64,000 bases of DNA from IMG/VR virus record IMGVR_UViG_3300020213_000028, one strand, 5' to 3'. Below, one piece after another: positions 57,600 through 64,000 of the stretch (the first letter of the stretch is position 1; each line of letters starts with the position of its first letter). The notes under the pieces are model-generated. The model saw only the letters and a program-made list of their open reading frames with translations. It searched no databases and was not told the DNA's origin. The translations under genes and the position numbers were made by a program. The DNA comes from an uncultured virus (IMG/VR IMGVR_UViG_3300020213_000028). Taxonomy: Duplodnaviria; Heunggongvirae; Uroviricota; Caudoviricetes.

Positions 57600-58847
57600 T
57601 TAGCTTAAGGTCGTGTCGGCCGCGTGCGCGGACCCGCTCAGACCCATTGATTTTACAACAGAAATGACTTGCTTGATACCGCCGCGAGTCGTTACCAGCG
57701 AATTTGCCTCACCGGTGAAAGTCGCCTCTACCCGTTCGGCCTGGGGGGCCAGCGTCTGACCGTTGGGCAGGCCGAGGCAGAATCCAACTTTAGAGAGCCA
57801 CACCGCTACGGCGCCGACGGTCGGGACGAACTTGGCGTTGAACATCGCTCCCGGCGCCTTGGTGCCCGAGCCGCCGACCATCCCTTCGTCTGACGCCTGA
57901 AGAAGCTCGAAGGCGCCCGGGCCCTTCCCGGCCAGGAAGTAGACTTGCTCCTCCTGCCCCACAAAGATTCCGTTGTCCACCGGCACGACGCCGGTGATCT
58001 CCCCGGCGAAGCCGATCGACCCGGTGCGCAGCTGCCGCAGCCCGGGGTTGAACGGGTCGCTGTACTCGAGCCGGTTGCCCACAGCGACGTAGGTGCGGCC
58101 GTTGTAGTGGGTGATGAAGCGCCCGCCGGACAGCGGCCCCAGGAACTGATTGCGGGCCACGATGCTGAAGTCGGCTTGGGTCAAGAAGAAGATGTCCCCG
58201 GCCAGCACCTTGGCGACCAGCCGCAGCTCGGATTCGTTCGGCGGCGTCAGGTACAGGTTCACGTACTCGACGTAGCCGAAGTCCCACTTCACGTCGGCGA
58301 CGATCAGGCCGCCTCCGGTGGAGTCGAGCCAGGTTGTGTCCGATAGTCCGGACTCCTCACCCAGGTCGTTGACCAAAGAATAAGACGCTCCGTAGCGTCC
58401 AGGCGCCAGCGAGCCGTTGGCGAAGGGGGAGACCGCCGGCCGGACCTCGGAGAGGTCGACGATGCCCGGCTTGCGCACCGCCAGCGTCGAGAGCACCTTG
58501 CCCACCAGCCCGGGCTGCGTGAACCAGACCTCGCCGTTCTCCTCGGAGTAGCCCACCGGCACGTCGGGTGTCAGGCCGGCGAACAGCGCCGTGAGGGCGA
58601 AGGCGCCCTCCTCCTCGGCCACCGAGTAGAGCGTCGCGCCCGCGGCGAGCAGCGTGATGCTCCCGCCCCACAGACTGTGCGCGCCGAGCGCGGCGGCCGC
58701 CAGCTCGTAGCCTCCGCGCCGGCGCACGCCGCCGTTGCGGTCGAACAGCACGTCGTCCGCGCGGCGCGCGGCGCCGGCGGGGAGCTCGGTCTCTTCCGAC
58801 AGCACATCGAGGCCGCGCATGAACTTCGGTAGGGGTTGGGTTTTCAT
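57600..58847 (-). CDS. putative tail tubular/nozzle protein
   Basis: GLD..LP..R.ADDV..G..RRRGG start and beta-rich body. Confidence 0.6.
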   Translation of the reverse strand: MKTQPLPKFMRGLDVLSEETELPAGAARRADDVLFDRNGGVRRRGGYELAAAALGAHSLWGGSITLLAAGATLYSVAEEEGAFALTALFAGLTPDVPVGYSEENGEVWFTQPGLVGKVLSTLAVRKPGIVDLSEVRPAVSPFANGSLAPGRYGASYSLVNDLGEESGLSDTTWLDSTGGGLIVADVKWDFGYVEYVNLYLTPPNESELRLVAKVLAGDIFFLTQADFSIVARNQFLGPLSGGRFITHYNGRTYVAVGNRLEYSDPFNPGLRQLRTGSIGFAGEITGVVPVDNGIFVGQEEQVYFLAGKGPGAFELLQASDEGMVGGSGTKAPGAMFNAKFVPTVGAVAVWLSKVGFCLGLPNGQTLAPQAERVEATFTGEANSLVTTRGGIKQVISVVKSMGLSGSAHAADTTLS

Positions 58848-60943
58848 AGGTGTCCGATGTAGGTGTAGTAGATTGAGTCAGCCACTTTATAGGGCAGGGG
58901 TCCGACCTGAGTGACCGTCTGCGGGGCCGTCGCCAGGCTGGTGTAGAGGGAGTTCGTATGGACATACGCCTCAGCGCCGTTGGCGTTGACCACCAGCTCC
59001 ATGTAGTGCTGAAAATCGTCCTCTTTCAGCGGCACGTAGATGATGGAGCCGACCGGCGCGGCGCCCGTCGGCGAGAACAGAGTCTTGGGGTCGGTCAGCT
59101 CGACCCGCCTGCCGTTGAAAAACAGGATGAGCCGGTCGTCGACGACGGAGTAGCCCGTAAGAGCGTCCTCCCAGTTAACCGGGTAGATGATCGGCCCGGC
59201 GTCGCGCGGGAGCCAGTTGTGCTGCTCGCGCCCCTCCCAGTACAGAGCGTAGGCCTCTCGGGTGCCGGGGACGGCTATTGCGTGGGTGCACGCAGCGTTA
59301 TTCCCGTCGGACTGAGTGTATGCCCAGAAGTAGTGAACCTCTTGCCCCGTAATCGCGTTCAAAACATAAGGTCCGTATTTTGCCCAGGAATAGGTAGTCC
59401 AGTTGGCGCGGCGGTCGTTAGAAGTGCCGTAAAACGCGCCGGCGCCCTGAGTGTAGATGGCGGGGGTCGGGCCGATCACATAGTCATATACGAGCCGCCC
59501 ATATACGTCGGTGGTTATGGCCAGGGACCCTTCAGGAACATGCTCCGTGACCACGTCACTGAGATTCTCCCAGTACAGAATCTCTAACCGATCACCGTCA
59601 AAAAACACGTTGAGCGGTACGCTGTACGGCGCCTCGCTCCTTCTGGCGGCGCTGCGGCTGTCCACCGCTAGACCGCCGTTCATGTCTATTAGATACAGCT
59701 GCGAGCCCACACCGGTGGGAAGAAAGTACGGCGCCGCACTTATTGGCCTGAAGGGCTCGTCGGTCGTGTTATTCGAGAGCCGCATGTCGTTGAATAGCTC
59801 GATCAGCACCGCAGAGCCGCTCCCAACAGGCTGCCCGACCGGCGGCGTGCGATCGTGCGCGGTCAAGCTGATACGGATCGCGTAATGCCCCGCCATAGGA
59901 CCATCGCCTGAGACATACCGCTGGCACGTGTTGTGCGCCTCGGTGCCGGTGTCTGAGAACGCCCAGCCAAGGGTGGCGCCGTACGGACCCCACACCGCGT
60001 AGTAGGGATCGAGGTCGTCCTCCGAAATGAGCCGCAGCACGGTGCCCGCCGTGATCGCGTCGAGCAGATCGACGCCAGTGGGGAAGGTCTCGCCCGACGG
60101 CAGGCCCCCGAATTCTTCCAACACGGCTAGGGCGTCGAAATCCCCGGCGGCCTGCGTAACATCGCGGTACGACGCGCCGGTCGTGCCGGCGAGCAGCGGC
60201 AGAGGCATGGCGATCACGCCCTGGTTGATGCTGATCTCCACCAGCCAGTGGTTGCGCTGGCCGGCCTTGACGATTCCATGCGTGCGCACCCACTTGTAGT
60301 CGTACTCAACTTTCACGCCGCGGTCGATCAGCTCGCCGCCGGGCGCGAGATACCGAATGCGGCCGAGCCCCTGGATCGCCTGGATCACGCGCTTCATCGC
60401 GCCTGAGTACATACTGGCCTTGAGATAGGTCAGCTGCGACACCGGCCAGCCGTCGATCGCAGGGCCGCTCAAGTCGCTGTGCACTGAGCCGGGTTCCAGG
60501 CCGAGTTTGAAGGGGTCGTGGTACTGGAACGGGATCTCGTGCGCCTGCGCGCAGTACGGCGTCGGGTGGAACGACGAACACACCGTCTCGCCGTCTACCT
60601 CGCGCTCTTTCAGCACGCCTTCATGCACCACGCCGCTGTACATGATGGGGCGTGCGCCTTCGCCTTTGGGTGGCGACGGCGCTGGTTCTGTCGTGACGGT
60701 GTCGACCGGACCCTTGCCGGTGGAGAGGATGACGATCTTCGCGGTGCCCGCCAGGATCACAGTGACCGTCGCGTTGCTGTTGGGGACCTTGCGCACCAGC
60801 GTAACGTGCGACACGCCCCCGGTGGCTTTCTGCTGCAGCGCCTTGAAGAGAAGATTGCGCCCGAGCCCGGCGAGCAGGCGGGCCTCAGCCAGGTCCCCTT
60901 CGACTCGGACAGATACATCAGTGGGGAAGTAGGTATCACTCAA
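58844..60943 (-). CDS. virion structural protein
   Basis: 699 aa coupled ORF in the tail region. Confidence 0.65.
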   Translation of the reverse strand: MSDTYFPTDVSVRVEGDLAEARLLAGLGRNLLFKALQQKATGGVSHVTLVRKVPNSNATVTVILAGTAKIVILSTGKGPVDTVTTEPAPSPPKGEGARPIMYSGVVHEGVLKEREVDGETVCSSFHPTPYCAQAHEIPFQYHDPFKLGLEPGSVHSDLSGPAIDGWPVSQLTYLKASMYSGAMKRVIQAIQGLGRIRYLAPGGELIDRGVKVEYDYKWVRTHGIVKAGQRNHWLVEISINQGVIAMPLPLLAGTTGASYRDVTQAAGDFDALAVLEEFGGLPSGETFPTGVDLLDAITAGTVLRLISEDDLDPYYAVWGPYGATLGWAFSDTGTEAHNTCQRYVSGDGPMAGHYAIRISLTAHDRTPPVGQPVGSGSAVLIELFNDMRLSNNTTDEPFRPISAAPYFLPTGVGSQLYLIDMNGGLAVDSRSAARRSEAPYSVPLNVFFDGDRLEILYWENLSDVVTEHVPEGSLAITTDVYGRLVYDYVIGPTPAIYTQGAGAFYGTSNDRRANWTTYSWAKYGPYVLNAITGQEVHYFWAYTQSDGNNAACTHAIAVPGTREAYALYWEGREQHNWLPRDAGPIIYPVNWEDALTGYSVVDDRLILFFNGRRVELTDPKTLFSPTGAAPVGSIIYVPLKEDDFQHYMELVVNANGAEAYVHTNSLYTSLATAPQTVTQVGPLPYKVADSIYYTYIGHL

Positions 60944-61941
60944 TTTGTCACCTCGGCTGTGCCGAATTGGCTGGTGTCGCCGATCGTTGGGTAGGCGATC
61001 TGCCAGCGGTTACACGCGTACTCGAGGGAGACGATCGGCTCGCCGAACTCCAGCGGCGCGATGCCGGCCGGGTTGATCGACGGGCTCGCCGACGCGGCGC
61101 CGAGCGCGGCTGAATCCCAGCCGCTGGGTTCCACGCTGCGGATCTTGAACGCGACGAACGCAGTACCAGGTTCGTAGCTGTCAAACCCGGGGGCGTCGAT
61201 GCTTCGTACGAGGTACTCGGTACGAGGTACGCCGAACTCGGCGGTGTCAAAGCCCGTCGCGCTGAGGGGGCGGTCGAGGAACCACACCGTGTGCGAGCCA
61301 AACTCCAGGTGGTCGTAGTCACCCATGCGGAGAGTGAGGGGCGCGTGGGCAACGCCGGGGCGCCCGCCAAACGGGGAGGCCGGCAGGCCGCCTACAAATA
61401 CGCGCGAAGAATCCCAGCCAGTCGGCGTGATCGGCCGGTGAAGATGGCTGATGAACACTCCGCCGAAGCTCAGCCAGTCTGTCCCAGGGGCAACATCGAC
61501 AGCGCCGTAGTGCCGGACTTTGTGTGCCCCGAACGCTACGCCGTCGAGCGCGACCGGGTAAATCGGACGGTTGAACAGCTCGACGGAAGTCGTGCCGAAT
61601 ATGCTCGCCGAGAGACCTACCGGGTAGACCTCTCGGTTCTTCTTCGTTACGGCTGTCGCGCCGAAGAACAGCGCCTGGATGCCGTTCGGGGCGATCCCTT
61701 GCGCAGCATTGGCGACGGTCGTGGCGCCGAACTGCAGTGAGTCAATGCCGGCGATGTCAAGCAAGTGCGCGATCGCGACGGAGCCGAATTGCAGAGAGTC
61801 GATCGCTGTCGGCAAGACATTCTGAGCGGCGGCCGCTACCGCCTCAGGGAACACCCCGACGAGCATCCGGCCGTCGTGCGTGGGGATGGCCGTGACAAAA
61901 TTGAAGGCGGCTAACGCGCCGTTCGGCGGCGTGTAGCTCAC
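60940..61941 (-). CDS. tail protein with repeated P.G.DS..FG motifs
   Basis: ~10 degenerate repeats. Confidence 0.6.
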   Translation of the reverse strand: MSYTPPNGALAAFNFVTAIPTHDGRMLVGVFPEAVAAAAQNVLPTAIDSLQFGSVAIAHLLDIAGIDSLQFGATTVANAAQGIAPNGIQALFFGATAVTKKNREVYPVGLSASIFGTTSVELFNRPIYPVALDGVAFGAHKVRHYGAVDVAPGTDWLSFGGVFISHLHRPITPTGWDSSRVFVGGLPASPFGGRPGVAHAPLTLRMGDYDHLEFGSHTVWFLDRPLSATGFDTAEFGVPRTEYLVRSIDAPGFDSYEPGTAFVAFKIRSVEPSGWDSAALGAASASPSINPAGIAPLEFGEPIVSLEYACNRWQIAYPTIGDTSQFGTAEVTN

Positions 61942-62237
61942 AGGTATCCCACCTCAGGGTCCCCGAACGCCACGGCATCGCTGCCCGACGGGGCGACATC
62001 TCGGGCGAGCGAGGCGACGGCCGTGACCGGGTCCCAGATCACCGCGTTGCCGAGACCGGATGGGTTATGCGCGATGATGGTGTAGGCGTCGTCGGTAATG
62101 AGTGCCGAGAACACAAACAGCCCCGCGGACGTAACGACCTCCTCTTCGAGCGAGCCATCATCCACGCGGTGCGCGCGGACAGTCGCGCCGCCCACCGCAG
62201 CACCTGCGTACGAGAGGTAGCCGGCAATATAGGTCAC
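61938..62237 (-). CDS. small tail protein
   Basis: GTG start overlapping the upstream stop; paralogous to the N-terminus of the 62234 ORF. Confidence 0.6.
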   Translation of the reverse strand: MTYIAGYLSYAGAAVGGATVRAHRVDDGSLEEEVVTSAGLFVFSALITDDAYTIIAHNPSGLGNAVIWDPVTAVASLARDVAPSGSDAVAFGDPEVGYL

Positions 62238-63202
62238 AGCCAGGCCCTTGGCGTGTAGGCAGCCCCCTGATATTTGTCGAGCCCGACCAACAAGCGCGTC
62301 TGCGCTATGGATGTGTCTGGGGACTGAAGCCCGGCAAGCGTGTAGAAGGAGTAAGCGTCCGGCCCGAAGTAGAGCTCGTCGCACTGAAAGTCGGTCGTGT
62401 CTGCGACGCTACCGAGAAGCTCTCCTTCAAGAAAGAGCTGCACCCCTTCGAGGGTCGTCGTGTTGTTACGAGTCATCGCGACCCGGAGTACTGTGTCAAG
62501 GTAGGGCTGGCACAAAAAGGTGTCGACGTACGGCCCTATCGACCGGAAGATAGAAATGGTGGAATTGTCGAAATCTACGTACACTTGAAACCCGTCTGTG
62601 GTTACTGAGTCTGCGAGCGTGAACAGCAGCACCGGGCTCCCCGCAGAGTAGGTGCCGCTCGAGACAGTGAACATAGTTTCAAACGTGAAGTCCCCAGTAC
62701 CGACGATGAGCTCCGTAGCTCCCGTCAGCGAGATAACGGCGTCGGCAGGGAGCTCGGCGACGGGCACCAAGTCGTCGTTCGGAAAGCCCCAGCGATTGCC
62801 GAAAACGGTCGTCGCCCCCACCGGCGTCCCGCCGCCGGCCGAGTTCGTGAAGTCAGTCTCGTAATTGAGGCGCAGTACTTCGTAGGACTCGTGATCCACG
62901 AAGCTGATCTCGTGGGCGCCGAGTCGCTGTGACTCCGCAGGGACTGCGAGCAGCGAGCGATTGAGCGTAGCGACCGCTGCCACCGAGTCGTAGACGATCG
63001 CGTTGTAGTTGGTGCCGCCAGCGAGGTCATGCGCCACCACGGTATACAAATCCCCGGTGGTGAGCGTTGACATAACGAACAAGCCGGTGCTATCCGTCGA
63101 CGCCTCCTCTCCGAGAGTGCCGTCGTCGAGTCGATAGGCCCGCGCGAGAACCCCGAACGTCGGCACCCCAGCCACCTTCACCGATCCGGCGACGTAACCC
63201 AT
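62234..63202 (-). CDS. tail protein with LamG/ConA-like domain
   Basis: VGTGDFTFE, VAMTRN..VQLFLEG motifs. Confidence 0.65.
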   Translation of the reverse strand: MGYVAGSVKVAGVPTFGVLARAYRLDDGTLGEEASTDSTGLFVMSTLTTGDLYTVVAHDLAGGTNYNAIVYDSVAAVATLNRSLLAVPAESQRLGAHEISFVDHESYEVLRLNYETDFTNSAGGGTPVGATTVFGNRWGFPNDDLVPVAELPADAVISLTGATELIVGTGDFTFETMFTVSSGTYSAGSPVLLFTLADSVTTDGFQVYVDFDNSTISIFRSIGPYVDTFLCQPYLDTVLRVAMTRNNTTTLEGVQLFLEGELLGSVADTTDFQCDELYFGPDAYSFYTLAGLQSPDTSIAQTRLLVGLDKYQGAAYTPRAWL

Positions 63203-63205
63203 TGA

Positions 63206-63610
63206 TTACACGCGGAATATTTTATTAGTGCCGTTGTCCCAAGTCACGATGATGTCGCCGGAGTTCGGCGTGATCGCGAGACCTGTGGCCGTGTCGATGT
63301 AGGCGATCAAGCCCGACGTCGCTTCGACCCCGGTGCTCTTCACCAAAAGGACCGCTTCGATCGACACGCCGGTGACCGCGGGGAACGTCACGTTGTCCGC
63401 GTCGCACGCGCCGGCGGTGGCCACGCGAGTGGTCAGCGTGATCGGGCCAGCGATGCGTGAGGCCACCGCGACGTCGTCCAGAAAATCGTGCGCGGCGCTG
63501 TAGGTATATGCGCCAGTGTCGATGAGATATGCGACGACGGTGCCGCCGGTCCAGTCGAGGCCAGTCGTTGCGGCGAGCTGTCGAGCAGCGTCGTAGAGTG
63601 CGTTTGCCAT
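63206..63610 (-). CDS. virion structural protein
   Basis: MANALYD..DADNVTF..LIAYID..ITPNSGDIIVTWDNG..KIF. Confidence 0.7.
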   Translation of the reverse strand: MANALYDAARQLAATTGLDWTGGTVVAYLIDTGAYTYSAAHDFLDDVAVASRIAGPITLTTRVATAGACDADNVTFPAVTGVSIEAVLLVKSTGVEATSGLIAYIDTATGLAITPNSGDIIVTWDNGTNKIFRV

Positions 63611-63630
63611 GGTGGTTCCTCAGTCTAAGA

Positions 63631-64000
63631 TCAGAGAGATAGTGCGAGTTTCGCCCGCGCCAGCAGCGCGCGGCGGTCGACGATGCCATTCAATCCGCCG
63701 TTGATCCTGCGGGTCACGCCCTCGAAGTCGCCCTTGTCAGCGAGCGCGCTCAAGCCCTTCCAGTTCCAAAACTCGACAGCAGACCGCGCTGCGTACTCCG
63801 GCTCGCACAGCCGCTCGGGGTTGTCGAGCAGCGTGCGTTCAGTGCCGAAGATCACCTTCGACATCTTGGCGTGGTTGGCGCGGCCGGTGATCTGGAAGAT
63901 GCCGTGGCCCTTGTACTTCCTGCCGTCGCCCGGCTCGGTGTTGCCGAGGTCCTTGCGCCCTTCGTAGGCCTCGCCGCTGGCGAGCTCCGAGAGCCATTGG
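63631..64000 (-). CDS. glycoside hydrolase family 19 endolysin (5' end outside the window)
   Basis: YEGRKDLGNTEPGDGRKYKGHGIFQITGRAN..TRRINGGLNG. Confidence 0.9.
   Translation of the reverse strand, partial: QWLSELASGEAYEGRKDLGNTEPGDGRKYKGHGIFQITGRANHAKMSKVIFGTERTLLDNPERLCEPEYAARSAVEFWNWKGLSALADKGDFEGVTRRINGGLNGIVDRRALLARAKLALSL

Overview
The window is most of a roughly 65% GC tailed dsDNA phage genome, probably podovirus-like and circularly permuted, since both ends fall inside the minus-strand virion/lysis operon. The minus strand carries small and large terminase, portal, scaffold and N4-gp56-type major capsid (1-10.1 kb). It also carries a GH19 endolysin, tail proteins, large internal/ejection proteins (one a 2620-aa protein with two HExxH domains and no Cys seen) and an Ntn-hydrolase (42.7-64 kb). 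The plus strand carries early/accessory genes (10.3-24.3 kb), a replication module (primase-SF3 helicase, PD-(D/E)xK exonuclease, SNF2 helicase, family A DNA polymerase, SSB-like, DUF5664, VRR-NUC, TraR), a xis plus truncated integrase relic, and small hypothetical genes. Five less ordinary signals stand out. (1) Nine copies of a covarying double-hairpin element precede early genes at 12.2-15.4 kb. (2) An 18.6-24.1 kb array of genes is built from shared modules, joined by a repeated RBS/ATGA junction, and includes apparently captured genes (MT-A70 methylase, HicB-like). (3) About 15 dispersed arrays of GTAC-like tetramers at 7-bp period occur, many inside coding sequence. (4) A tRNA-Glu-like gene has its anticodon loop replaced by a UNCG tetraloop. 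(5) The capsid gene has a three-hairpin leader, and there is a nested inverted-repeat origin candidate. All family assignments come from motif recognition by eye; no searches were run.
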